Shown piece by piece: positions 25,115-38,759 of a DNA stretch of 64,000 nucleotides; within the stretch, counting starts at the first letter, position 1, and every line of letters begins with the position of its first letter. Source of the DNA: Heptranchias perlo (Eukaryota); NCBI RefSeq assembly GCF_035084215.1, contig NC_090340.1, positions 4,588,001 to 4,652,000 of the forward strand. Direction: 5' to 3'. The notes beneath the pieces are model-generated. The model was given only the letters and a program-made list of their open reading frames with translations. It had not been told where the DNA came from and searched no databases. A program made the translations under genes and the position numbers.

Positions 25115-28100
25115 AGGAACATAGGAACATAGGAAGAAGAGTCGGCCATTCAGTCCCTCGTGCCTGCTCCGCCATTTGAGAAGATCATGACTGATATGTG
25201 ATCCAATTCCATATACCTGCCCTTGGCCCGTATCCCTTAATACCTTTGGTTGCCAAAAAGCTCTCTATCTCAGATTTAAATTTAACAATTGAGCTAACAT
25301 CAATTGCCGTTTGCGGAAGTGAGTTCCAAACTTCTACCACCATTTGTGTGTAGAAATGTTTTCTAATCTCACTCCTGAAAGATCTGGCTCTAATTTTTAG
25401 ACTGTGCCCCCTACTCCTAGAATCCCCAACCAGCGGAAAAAATTCTCTCTATCTACCCGATCTGTTCACCTTAATAGCTTATAAATTTCGACCAGATCAC
25501 CCCTTAACCTTGTAAAGTCCAGAGAACACAATCCCAATTTGTGTAATCTCTCCTCATAACTTAACACTTGAGGTCCGGGTATCATTCTAATAAACCTACG
25601 CTGCACTCCCTCCAAGGCCAATATGTCCTTCCGAAGGTGCGGTGCCCAGAACTGCTCACAGTACTCCAGGTGCAGTCTAACCAGGGTTTTGTATAGCTGC
25701 AGCATAACTTCTGCCCCGTTGTATTCTCGTCCTCTAGATATAATGGCCAGCATTCCATTAGCCTTATTGATTATTTTCTGAACCTGTTCATGATACTTCA
25801 ATGATCTGTGTACCTGAACCCTTAAGTCCCTTTGGACATCCACTGTTTTTAACTTTTTACCATTTACAAAGTAACCTTTTTTGATCCAAAGTGGGTGATC
25901 TCACATTTGTCTAAATTGAATTCCATTTGCCACAGTTTTGCTCACTCATCTGATCTATAAATATCCCTTTGTAATTTTATGTTTTCATCTACACTGCTTA
26001 CAATGCCACCAATCTTTGTGTCATCGGCAAACATAGATATGAGACTTTCTATGCCTTCATCTAAGTCGTTAATAAATATTGTGAGTAATTGAGGCCCCAA
26101 GACAAATGCCTGCGGGACTCCACTAATCACATCCTGCCAGTGTGAGAAGCTACCCATTATCCTTACTCTCTGCCGCCTTTCGCTCAGCCAACTTCCTAAC
26201 CAAGTCCGTACTTTTCCCTCGATTCCATGGGCTTCTATCTTAGCTAACAGTCTCTTATGTGGGACCTTATCAAATGCCTTCTGGAAGTCGATATAAATAA
26301 CATCCATTGACAATCCCCTGTCCACTACTTTAGTCACCTCTTCAAAAAATCCAATCAGGTTTGTCAGGCACGTCCTACCTTTCACAAATCTACACTGTCT
26401 CTCTCTGATTAACTGAAAATTCTGGAGGTGTTCAGTCACCCTGTCCTTAAATATAGACGCCGGCATTTTCCGCACAACTGATGTTAGGCTAATTGGTCTT
26501 TAATTCCCTGGTTTCCCTTTCTCTCCTTTCGTAAAAAGCGGAGTGACATGTGCAGTTTTCCAATCGAGAGGCACAGTTCCTGAATCTAGAGAACTTTGAA
26601 AGATTAGAATTCGGGCATCTAAAAATGCGCTCACCTATTTCCTTTAAAACCATGGAATGGAAACCATCTGGTTCTGGGGGTTTGTCACACTTTAGTGCTA
26701 TTATTTTCTTCATTACTGTTGTTTTACTTATGTTAATTTTATTGAGTCCCTGTCCCCGATTCAATATTAGTTTTCTTAGGATTTCGGGCATGCTTTTCCT
26801 CTTTTTCTACTGTAAATACTGACCCAAAGTAATTATTCAACATGTCTGCCATTTCCCATTGTTAATGACAATATTCTCACTTTCAGTTTTTAAGGGGCCA
26901 ACACTGCTCCTGACTACCCTCTTTTTCATTGTATAACTGTAAAAGTTCTTCATATTTGTTTTGATATCACGTGCAAGTTTCTTTTCATTACCTCTTTTTG
27001 TACCTCTTACGATCTGTTTTGTTACCATTTGTTGATCTTTGTATCTTTCCCATTCGCCAGGATCTGTGCCATTTTTTGTCTTTTTGTATGCCCTTTCCTT
27101 ATGTCTTATACTGTCCCTTACCTCTTTAGTTGTCCGTGGCTTTTTTTTGGCAAGTAGAGTTCTTGCGCCTCGGGGGTAAAAACCGATTCTGTAACACGTT
27201 AAATGTGTCTTTAAACATTTCCCACTGACCATCAGTCGTTTTACCCATTAATAGATTTGCCCAGTTTACTCTGGACAGTCTCTGTCTCATCCCATTGAAG
27301 TCGGCCTTACTCACGTCTCGAATCTTAGCAGCTGATTCACTTTTTTTCCTTTTCAAACATTACATTGAACTTGAACATGTTATGATCGCCATTAGATCGA
27401 TGTTAACTCACGGTTAAGCTGTTAACTAAATCTGGTTCATTACTCATTAGTAAATCTAGTATGGCTTGACCCCTTGTTACCTTTGGGACATACTGCTGTA
27501 GAAAATTATCCCTGGCACACTCAAGAAATTCACCAACTTTCTGACAGTTGCTCGTCTGCCTTTTCCAATCCATGCGAAGTTTAAAGTCCCCCATTAAGAC
27601 CACTATGCCTTTCTTACACGCTTGTCTAATCTCTGCATTTATACAATCTAGCACTTCAGAGCTGCTGCCAGGGGTCCTATACAGAACTACCACTATAGTC
27701 TTAGATACTTTCCTATTTCTCAATTCAACCCATAAAGTCTCTGCTGGCTGGAAATCTCTCGTTATATCCCCCTTTATCATTGAAGTGTTTAAATCTCTAT
27801 TCACTAAGGCTACTCCTCACCCTCTTCCGTTTTCCCAATGTCTCCTGTCGACCTTATAACGCAGTATATTTAGTTCCCAATCCTGACCATCCTGCAGCCA
27901 TGTCTCAGTAATAGGTATCATGTCATAGCCTCCAATTTGAATTTGAACCTGTAGTTCATTTAATGTATTCCTTATACTCCGTGCATTTGTATATAGAACC
28001 CTTAGTTTGGCCACACACCCTATCCTGACCTTCAGCTTTGATGCTGGGTTAATCGCTTTTCGCCTTCTAGTTTTCACTTCGTGCCTAAAGTATACTTTCT

Positions 28101-28685
28101 TTCTGTTACTCTATACTTTTCTCTTTCACTTGTTCTTTAACAACTGTTTGTACTCGTTGTATTGTAAATTTCCCCTGGGTCTTCCCCTGTCTTGCTGCTC
28201 TCAACTTTACTCCCTTCTGACTCCCTGCTCAGGTTCCCATCTCTTTGCAACTCGAGTTTAAACCTTCCTCAACAGCACTAGCAAACGCCCCCGCGTGGAC
28301 ATTGCCCCCGGTCCTGCTCGGGTGTAACCCGTCCCTCTTGTACAGGTCCCTCCTTCCCCAGAACCGGTCCCAATGTCCCAGGAATCTAAATCCTTCCATC
28401 CTACACCATCCCTGCAGCCCATGCATTCAGCCGGTCTATTCTCCTGTTCCTATACTCACTAGCACGTGGCACTGGTAGTAAACCTGAGATCATTACCTTT
28501 GAAGTCCTGTTTTTTAATTTAACTCCTAACTCTTTAAATTCACCTTGTAGGACCTCACCCCTTTTTTCACCTATGTCGTTGGTCCCGATATGGACCACGA
28601 CAACTGGCTGTTCACCCTACCCCTCCAGAATGCCCTGCAGCCGCTCCGTGACATCCTTGACCCTCGCACCAGGGAGGCAACATAC
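25115..28685 (-). mobile_element. CR1 LINE (partial ORF1 esterase, ORF2, 3'UTR) inserted into an older + strand CR1 tail
   Basis: VHIGTNDI, DGLHPSRTG, YTNARSI, ITETWL, FQKAFDKVPH, FADDTKIG; (ataggaac) tail; flanks 25050-25114 and 28686-28870 join as one CR1 3' end. Confidence 0.9.
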
Positions 28686-28870
28686 CCTCTGGTGGAGGAA
28701 TCCAGAAAAACAAGACGCAATCTTGGCCATTCAGGAGTGAAATCGGGAAGTTCCTTTCTCACATGAATGATCGTGAAAATCTGGAATTCTCTCCCTCCAA
28801 AGGCTTTGACCGCTGGGCCAAATTATTTTTTTCAGATTGAGATCGACAGATTTTTATTAGTTAAGTCTTT
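28686..28870 (+). mobile_element. Older CR1 3' fragment (continuation of 25050-25114)
   Basis: gccattcaggagtgaaatc, tggaattctctccc, gagatcgacagattttt. Confidence 0.6.
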
Positions 28871-31800
28871 CCAGCATGACAACAAATTTTAAAGTTAGAG
28901 AGAGCTTTGAAAATAGGTGTAATGATCCAGTGCACATTATGGATTTTGATATTATAAACTGTGCTACTTTCGTTGCTTATAATTTGCTGCTTCAACTCTA
29001 CCAGAAAAATAACAGACTACCAAAAAGTGCACTGTAAAATTAACATAGAATCAGTAGTAGAGTTATAACATTTCGAGTACATACCTTTCATCAGATATAC
29101 CTGAAATGTTATACCATGCATTTTCATTTTATCACTGGTTAATGGTCTGCTGTGTATTTCCAGTATTTCTTGTTTTTAAGTGAGGTATGAACCGTTTGAA
29201 TTTCCATATATTTTATTGCACTACGGGAATTCTGCTTATTTGGAGACAATATGTATATTATGAGAGACAATGACAATTAATGTAATCAAATCTGCTTCTG
29301 GACGCAGCTCTAGATGAGGAGGGTGTGGTCCTTTGATCAAGAGTGCAAGATGCTCAAACAATTACCGAAACTCTCTGATAAGTTTGTGGCCTCACAACTG
29401 CCAATGTTGCCCCAAGGGTTGGAAAGACAGGAACTGCAAACATCCAACCAGTCAATCATTCACTAGGACAGCTGTTCAACCGTGAGTGAATTACATTGCA
29501 GTGCGGCATAGCACAGAGGGGGAGGGGACATCACAGAGCTGAATAATTCTTTGATTGATAGACTGTTGTTGAGTGGTTTTGGCACGGAAAAAAACTGAGT
29601 GAGATCTGGCAATGCTTTGGCAATGGTAAAGGTCTGAAATCGGCCTTAAAAAAACTGCAGCTGAATTGTCCTTTGAAAACTATATACGCCTGGAATTTCC
29701 GCCGAAGTCTTCAGTCGAAGGTCAGCAAAAACACTCACGAAACGGCATAGTTCAGAAACAAAAAGTAAAGCAAATAAGGCTAAGGTGCACTTTAATACGA
29801 AAAATCTTCCACCTGTTTACCTACTCACTTATGATAATGCCAGAAAAGCTATTTCAAATAAATGAATGTAATAACATTTATTAATTGGACATTTATATTT
29901 TTGTACCTATCATTACGCTAGTATATATGTGAAATTACGCTCAGTGCAATGGGTCTGTGGAAAATAGTTGATAACACTTCCTTTCTAGTGTGCATTTTAC
30001 ATCTGCACTTTTTGGAATGTTCCGTTCGCTGATGTCATTTCATTTAAGAAAATGATCGATGTGTCTTTTGTAAAGATCAGCCGTTGGGATTTATTTTGAG
30101 GAACACAGGCCTGCTCGTAAAAAATCGACATCAAGTTTTACAGCTTTAAATACGCTGACACCTTAAAAATCCACGGCCAACGATTTGTATCCGATGGTGC
30201 TTTCACAGAACACCGATGCAGTACCTGAAGAACGGCGACAACGTTTGATAATGGCCGTTCACGCAGTTTCGCTGTATTTTACACCGGTATTCCCAAGGTG
30301 AGGGGAAAGAATAGTAAGAGTCCGACGTGAGTTCCAAGCCTGAATATATGACCGCCCTGCTCATTCTTTTTCTTGAAGGATCGCAATCGACTCACAATTT
30401 CCTGAGCGTTCCGTAGATCTTCCGCCATAACTTCGGTGGGAGGAGCAATTTTAATTTGGCGATAAAGTAAATCGGGCGATATCGGATCGGCCGCTGATTA
30501 TACACCTAGCTAGATTTTTTTTCCATTGAAATCAAAGAAAGGAAATTCAGGAGGTGTGCAACAGGCGGCCGCTCCGATATCGCATGATCTGAAAAGTTAA
30601 TATTACCCCGATGATGGACAGAAAACGAGAGAACCGAGGTGGCCATTTCCGGTTGAAGAGATTTTTCCGAACTCTCACAAAAGTTAGGCCATAAATTCTT
30701 CCGCACTGTCCATTAATGATTAACCAATCTATAAAGATCAATTATACAGGATAATAGAAATGACTCGTCGTGGTTTAGATCCCATGAGTCAGTTTTTTCC
30801 TCCAAATAAGAGGTAAGAATCATGCGCTATTTGCATCTAATTGGTAAACTAGTTTAGAAACCATTCATAACAAATATTTTAAGATATTTAATTTGAATCC
30901 CCACCCACGAACAATGGGGCGAATTTCCGAGGTGGTATTAGTTACCACAATTCACCCTATGTCATCCGGGTGATTAGGCCACTCAGGGAGACAGGGCCAT
31001 GAATTTTATTAAAGTGCAGTCATGTGAATTTGAACACTTGCTGCAAAAGTGAAGGTTGAAGTGCCTGTATTTGCTTTATAAATTTGCACTAAACTGGTGA
31101 ACTAATTGCTAAGGGCTAAGCTGCTGTAACGCAACCTGTGAGCTGAGTGGGAGAACATAACGGTATCATCCACAGCACTTGATTCTCTGAAGTTCATTGG
31201 GGTATAAGTTCATGCTGGGTGGTAGTGCAATACGGGCTGCAATTCATTCTTGCCCGTTTTACACTACCGCTGAAGAAGATATTACACCGTACAGCATCGA
31301 AATAATGCTCGGACTCGCGCTAACTTTAGTCGTTTACCAAAGACGAGCGGGAGAAAGCCCGCGAAAATTCACGTCCGTTGTCTTGTGAAAATGCAAATGA
31401 CCTGTATAATACTTTTGAAGTAGGAAAAAATCATAGAAGAAGGGGTCACTCGGACGCAGTATCTGAGCACAGCACATTGCGAAACATATAGTTGCACAAA
31501 AGATACGTTTTTTTGAAGAATGTGGTAAAAGTATGTTGCGGATATATTGGGCAACATCTGTACAAAATACGTCTCGGCTTACACAGGGCTTGCAGAGATC
31601 AAATGAATTAGTAAAAGCAATGAAAGCGATGTACAGCTGCCCATGGCTAATATTAAATGGACACAGGCTGATAGACAACCAATTGCGGCTTGAATGCTTT
31701 GTCATAAACCTGCTAAATTGTTTCGTTCAGCCTAACTTTGATAGTCCTATTTTTTTCTGCAACTTTTTTCAGGTCTTGTCTTTAGTTTTCACAGCATTGA

Positions 31801-33071
31801 ACTTGCCTACTATCTCCCATTGGAACATAGGAATTGCTGGATGAAAAAATACCAGGGTCCATCGAATTCTTCTTCCACCCTGGTAGTCGCATGATACAAT
31901 TATGATAGAGCTGGTAACTATTCATGGCAATCAATCTCTATCAATAAGTCTGCAGCAGACCCAACCATGAAGCGAGAAAAACACCAGTTTTGGGAACCGT
32001 AGTTCCAAAATCACGTGTTCCTACCAAGAATGCTACACTTACCTCTCAAATTATCTCCTCTCAAATTAGTCATGTAGTATATTTTAAAATTTTATTTTCT
32101 AGAAGAAATGTATCAAACTTGTATTTGCATGAAGCAACACTTTCTGCTTAGACCGAGTCCCAGGAAGCCTGTTTCATAGATTTCGCCCACTCAAATAATA
32201 TTCCACGGTATAGTTTTGAATTAACCCCCTCTCAGGACAAAGAGAGTGAAGAGAGACAGGCTAGAGCAAGAACACCCAGACCAACTTACAAACACCAACA
32301 AGTCTGAAGCACTGGCCCCCTGTTGAAAGGATGCTGACGCATACCAAGGCCATCAAATTGACGACAACAGCACGAATATCCTGAAGTGGGTCAGGGGAAT
32401 TTTATCAATTCAGAGCGGATGTAGCAGTGTTACAGTGGTTAGGTGCTCATATTTATAATTTACTCACCAAATTAATAGGGTTGGTAAATGTTGAATATCA
32501 GTCGTCACGTATTTATGAAGTATGCGGTACATTTAAATTAGTGCTTAAACATACAACTAAAAACAATACTTACAACAAAGTCTTGCGGGTTTAGTTGAGG
32601 GATTCAAACGCGTCACAATTCGAAGCTAGGCATATGGACTGATTAGACCTTATCGAATCCAAAAACTCATTACAAACGCCAAATTTGATACATTTCTATA
32701 ATTCCATCCACGTAAAACTCACCAGAATTGTACATTAATTAATAAACTCCATATACGGAGCATTTTAATGACCGAATCCTGCATCACTAATTTAAGTTTG
32801 AATAAGTTATTTTACCGTAAACAAGTAGAATTCTCCTACTTTGTTATCTTATCGATAGTTTCACACTCGTTACATATAATTGCTTTTCTACCAAGTGAAT
32901 CTTTTAATTATAATATGTCTTTCATTCAATACCATTTCGTATCGGTTTTCCTGCATTTCATCAACTGAAGAAAGTGTTCTTCAGGTTGCACTGGCATGTC
33001 TTTTAATTAGTTTTACTGATGTGACTAAACTGATGATTGTTTTAAGGTTAGCCCTGTCTGAATAGCCCTAA

Positions 33072-33162
33072 GGGTACGTTAACATAGTGGTTATTTTACT
33101 GGACTAGTAATTCAGAGGCCTGAACTAATCAGTCTGGTCAGTCGATGAGTTCAAATCCCACC
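33072..33162 (+). promoter_or_regulatory. tRNA-derived Pol III internal promoter head (A box, Thr(AGT)-like anticodon arm, B box)
   Basis: A-box-like TAACATAGTGG 33080-33090; CTGGA-CTAGTAA-TTCAG arm 33099-33115; B box GAGTTCAAATCCC 33147-33159. Confidence 0.7.
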
Positions 33163-35432
33163 ACAGCAGCTGGGAATTTAAATTCAAATAATTAGATAAA
33201 ACCTGGAATAAAAATCTAATATCAGTAATGGTGGCTATGGAACTATCGGATTGTCGTAAAAAACATCTGGTTCACTAATGTCCCTTTAGGGAAGGAAACC
33301 GTCCTTACCTCGGTCCGGCCTATATGTGACTCCAGACCCACGGTAATGATTCTTAGTCGCCCTCTGAAATGGCCTAACAAGCAATTCAGTTGTACAATCT
33401 CGCCACAGAAAATCACAAAAAGAATTAACACCAGATGGACCACCCAGTATCAAACTGGGCACCTGACACGACAAAGGCAAATCAAGCCCAGTCAACACTA
33501 CAAAGTCCTCCTCACGAGCATCTGAGGAATTGTGCCAAAATTGGGAGAGCTGTCCCACAGAGTAGTCAAGCAGCAGCTTGGCAATGTCTTACTCACGGAA
33601 ATATTCCTCTCAGCCAATGTCCCAGACTCTTACATCATCATCCCTGGGTATGTCCTGTCCCACCAGCAGGACAGACCACACGTGGCGGTACAGTGCTATA
33701 GAGTGAGGAGGCAGTGGCACTGGGAGTCCTCAACATTGACTCCCGACCCCATGAAATCTCATGGCAATAGGTCAAACATAGTCAAGGAAATCTCCTGCTG
33801 ATTGCCACTTACCCCCGTCCCTCAGCTGACGAATCAGTCATCCTCCATGTTGAGAAGCACTGAGGTTAGCAAGGGCACAGAATATACTCTGGGTGGGGGA
33901 CTTCAATGTCCATCACCAAGAGTGGCTCGATAGCATCACTACTGACCGAGCTGGCACAAGTGCTGAAGGACACAGCTGCAATACTGGGCCTGTGGCAGGT
34001 GGTGAGTGAACAAACAAGAGGGAAAAGCCTACTTGAGCTCGTCCTCATCAATCTACCTGTGGCAGATGGATCTGCCCATGAGAGTATTGGCAGGAGCGAC
34101 CACCACAATGTCCTCGTGGAGAGAAGTCCCGTCTTGACACTGAGGATACTGTCCATTGTATTTTGTGACACTACCACCGTGCTAAATGGGATAGATTCAG
34201 ACCAGAGTTAGCAGCTCAAATCTGGGCATCCATGAGGCGCTGTGGGCTGCCACCAGCCGCATAATTGTATTCCAGCACAATCTGTAACCTCATGGTCTGG
34301 CATATTCCATTACCAACAGGTCAGATTATCAACCCTGGTTCAATGAGGAGTGTAGAAGAGCATGCCAGGAGTAGCACCAGGCGAACCTATAAATGAGGTG
34401 CCAACCTGGTGAAGCTACATCACGGGACTACATGCATGCTTAGCAGCGGAAGCAACATGCTTTAGACAGAGCTAAGCGATTCCACAAACAACAGGTCAGA
34501 TCAAAGCTCTGGAGTCCTGCCAAATCCATTTGTGAATGGTGGTGGACAATTAAACAACTAACTGGAGGATGAGGCTCTGTGAACATGCACATCCTCAATC
34601 ATGGCAGAGTCAAGCACGTGGGTGCAGAAGACAAGGCTGGAGCGTTTTCAACAATCTTCAGTCAGAAGTGCCGAATGGATGATCCATTACGGCCTCCACC
34701 CGATATCCCCATCATCACAGAAGCAAATTTCGATTCACTCCACTTGATGTCTAGAGATGGCTGAGTGCATTGGATACAACAAAGGCTATGGGTCCCGACA
34801 ACATCCCGGCTGCAATGCTGAAGACTTGTGCTCCAGAACTAGCCGCGCCTCTAGCCAAACTGTTCCAGTAGAGCTACAACATCGGCATGTAACAGACAAT
34901 GTTGAAAATTGCCCAGATATATCTGCCCACAAAAAGGAGGACAAATCTAATCTGGCCAATTACCACCCCATCAGTCTACACTCCATCATCAGCAAAGTGA
35001 TGGAACGTGTCGTCGACAGTGCTATCAAGCGGCACTAAATGAGCAATAACTGCTCACTCATGCTCAGTTTGCATTCCGCCAGGACCACTCGCCTCCAGAC
35101 CACATGGTCCAAACATGGACAAAAGAGCTCAATTCCAGAGGTGAGTTGATAGTGACTGCCCTTGACATCAAGGCAGCATTTGATCGAGTGTGGCACCAAG
35201 GAGTCCTAGGAAAAGTGAAGTCAATGGGAATCAGGGGGGAAACTCTCCATTGGCTGGAGTCATACCTAGCACAAAGGAAGATGGTAGTGGTTGTTTGAGG
35301 TCATTCATCTCAGCCACAGGATATTGCTGTACGGTTTGTTCAAGGCAGTGTCCTTGGCCCAACCATCTTCTGATGCTTCATCAATCACGTTCCCTCCATC
35401 AGCAGGTCAGAAATCTGGACGGTCGCTGACGA

Positions 35433-37345
35433 TAAGGAGAGAGAAATTCGAGTACGAGAGAAAGCTAGCTAGAAATATAAAAACAGATAGTAAGAGTTTC
35501 TACAGGTATTCAAAAAGGAAAAGGTTAAGTAAAGTGAGCGTTGGTCCTCTGGAGAATGAGTCTGGGGAAGTAATAATGGAGAATAAGGAAATGACGGTTG
35601 AATTGAATGAATATTTTGTGTCCGTCTTCAATGCAGAGGTTACAAATAACATGCCAGAAGTAATTGTGAATCAAGAGTTCAAAGGGAGGGAGGAACTTAA
35701 AACATTTACAATCACCAGGGAAAGTGTTTTGAAAAAAATATTCGTACTAGAAGCTGACAAGTCCCCAAGTCCTGACGGACTTCATCCTCGGTTCTTAAAA
35801 GAACTGGCTGCAGAGAAAATAGATGCATTGGGATGAATTTTCCAAAATTCCTTAGATTCTGGAAGGGCCCCTTCAGATTGGAAAGTAGCGAATGCAACGC
35901 CTCTGTTCAAGAAAGGAGGGAGACATAAAAGCCGGAAACGACAGGCCAATTAGCTTGACATCTGTCATTGGGGAAATGCTAGAATATATTATTAAGGAGA
36001 TAATAAAGGGCACTTAGAAAATGTCAACGCATTCAGGCAGAGTCAACACGGCTTTGTGAAAGGAAAATCGTGTTTGACTAATTTATTAGAGTTCTTTGAG
36101 GAAGTAACATGCAATGTGGAAAAATGGGATCCTGTGGATGTGGTGTATTTGGATTTCCAGAGGATTTTGACAAGGTACCACATCAAAGGTTACTACACAA
36201 AATAAGTGCTCAAGCTGTAGGGGGTAACATATTAGCATGGATAAAGGATTGGTTTGCTAACAGAAAACAGAGAGTAGGCAGAAATGTGTAACTTTCAGTT
36301 TGGCAAAATGAAACGAATGGTGTGCCACAGGGATGAGTGCATGGGCCTCAACGATTTACAACCTATATCAATGACTTGGATGTAGGGATCGAATGTATGG
36401 TTGCTAAATTTGCTGATGACACAAAAATAGGTAGGAACGTGAGGTGCGAAGAGGACATAAGGAATCTGCAAAGGGATATAGATAGGTTAATGAGTGGGCA
36501 AAAATTTGGCAGATGGAGTCTAATGTGGGAAAATGAGAACTTGTCCACTTTGGCAGGAGGAATAGAATAGCAATATGTTATTTAAATGGAGAGAGATTGC
36601 AGAACTCTGAGGTACAGAGGCAACTGGGTGTCCACATACAAGTATCACAAAAAGTTAGTATGCAGGTACAGCAAGTGATTAGGAAGGCAAGTGAAATGTC
36701 ATTTACTGCAAGGGGAATGGAATATAAAACTAGAGATGTTTTTCTACAGTTGTACAGGGCATTGGTGAGACCACATCTAGAATACTGAGTGCAGTTTTGA
36801 TCTCCTTATTTAAGAAAGGACATAAATGCTTTGGAGGCGGTTCAGAGAAGGTTCACTCGACTGATTCCTGGGATGAGGGGGTATCCTACAAGGACAGGTT
36901 GGGCAGGTTGGGCCTGTATAAACTGGAGTATAGAAGAATGGGAGGTGATCTTATTGAAAAATATAAGATCCTGAGAGGACTAGAAGGGGTAGATGCTGAG
37001 GGGGTGTTTCCCCTTGTGGGAGAGACTAGAACTAGGGGCCACAGTCTAAAAATAAGGGGTCTCCCATTTAAGACGGAGTTAGGAGATGTTTTACTCTCAG
37101 AGTGTCCTGAGTCTGTGGAACTCCCTTCCCCAGAGAGTGATGGAGGCAAGGTCATTGAATATTCTTAAGGCTGCGTTAGATAGATTCCTGATTAACAAGG
37201 GAGTCAACGGTTATAGTAGGTAGACTGGAAAGTAGGGCTGAGTCACAATTAGATCAGCCATGATCTTATTAAAAGGCAGAGTTGGTTCGATGAGCCAAAG
37301 GGCCTACTCCTGCTCTTAATTCGTATGTTCGTACGTTCGTATGTT
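35433..37345 (+). mobile_element. 5'-truncated CR1 nested in the LINE RT domain
   Basis: ERKLARNIKTDSKSFY, KSPSPDGLHPR, FADDTKIG, RTRGHSLK; (ttcgtatg)-type tail. Confidence 0.9.
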
Positions 37346-38759
37346 CATTCCCATTCGCAACCCTTCAGATGACGAAGCAGTCCATGCCAGCATGCAGCAA
37401 GACCTGGATAACATCCATGCTTGGCTGATAAGTGACAAGTAACATTCGCGCCAGGCAAGTGCCAGGCAATGACCACCTCCAACACGAGAGAGTATAACCA
37501 CATTTACTTTACATTCAACGGCATTACCATCACCGAATCCCCCACCAGCAGCATCTTGGGGATGGCCATTGACCAGAAACTTAACTGGACCAATCACATA
37601 ATACTGCGGCTACAAAGCCTGGGTATTCTGCGGCGATTGACTCACCTCCTGACTCCCCAAAGCCATTCCACCCCATCTGCAAGGCACAAGTCAGGAGTGT
37701 GTGAATGACTCTCCACTTGCCTGAATGAGGGCAGCGCCAACAACATTCAAGAAGCTCGACAACATCCAGGACAAAACAGCCCACTTGATTGGTACCCCAT
37801 TCACCACCCTAAACATGAGCTATTTTCACCACCGGCGCACCATGGCTGCAGTGTTTACCATCCACAGGATGTATTGCAGCAACTCGCCAAGGCTTCTTTG
37901 ACAGCACATCTCAAACCCGCGACGTCTACCATCTAGAAGGACAAGGGCAGCAGGCACATGGACACAACACCACCTGCACGTTCCCCTTCAAGTCACACAC
38001 CATCCCGACTTGGAAATATATTGCCGTTCCTTCATCGTCGCTGGGTCAATATCCTGGAACTCCCTTCCCAACAGCACTGTGGGAGAACCGTCACCACACG
38101 GACTGCAGCGATTCAAGAAGGCAGCTCACCACCACCTTCTCAAAGGCAATTAGGGATGGGCAATAAATGCAGGCCTTGCCAGCGACGCCCACATCCTATG
38201 ACGAATAACAAAAATAGCCCTACTGTGATTTCAATTAACTTGAATTTCCCTGCGTAACAGAAAAAGATAATTTTTTAAAATAACTACAATATGAAAATAA
38301 AACAGTAGGAGAATAACATCAGCAGATTCCAGGACAGTCGGAAGATCTCTGCTGATCTCTGCTGATCTCTGCTCCACTGGAAGCTGCTGCAAGTGGGAGA
38401 TGGAAAAGGCACGGGGCCCTCTGCTGGGCATCTTGTATCATAACAGGACAAGCAATTGTATGTCTCCTTAGCCAATCAGATTGAAGGATTTTGAAATGAA
38501 CAGCGCAGAGGCTGAACTTGGATGTGCAAGGAAGATTAACGAATTCAATGTCAAATCATGTACGGAAAGCGAAGGAAAGAAAGATTGGATTACGAGAGAC
38601 AGAAAGAAAAATAAGTGGGGCAAAGGAAGCGCATGAGAAAATATTAGTGGGTAACAAAAAAGAACACTGAAAGGAACAATGAAGTATTTCAGATATATAT
38701 ATATAAAGTGTAAAATAGCAGTCAAAGGAACGTACGGCTCATTCGAGACCAAATAGGAC

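Larger units (their letters stand above)
33072..38212 (+). mobile_element. Full-length older copy of the tRNA-headed single-ORF LINE, split by a CR1 at 35433-37345
   Basis: 33220-35432 and 37346-38212 are collinear with 20180-23345; extra ~150 bp tRNA-like 5' head. Confidence 0.92.

Noticed and set aside
31440-31700. IYW...MYSC pattern suggestive of a decayed Ig V domain
   Set aside because: Spacing too short, no B-strand Cys context or splice sites; likely chance.
33072-33162. Functional tRNA-Thr gene
   Set aside because: Expanded variable region, no acceptor-stem pairing, and it continues into a retroelement body; it is a tRNA-derived head.
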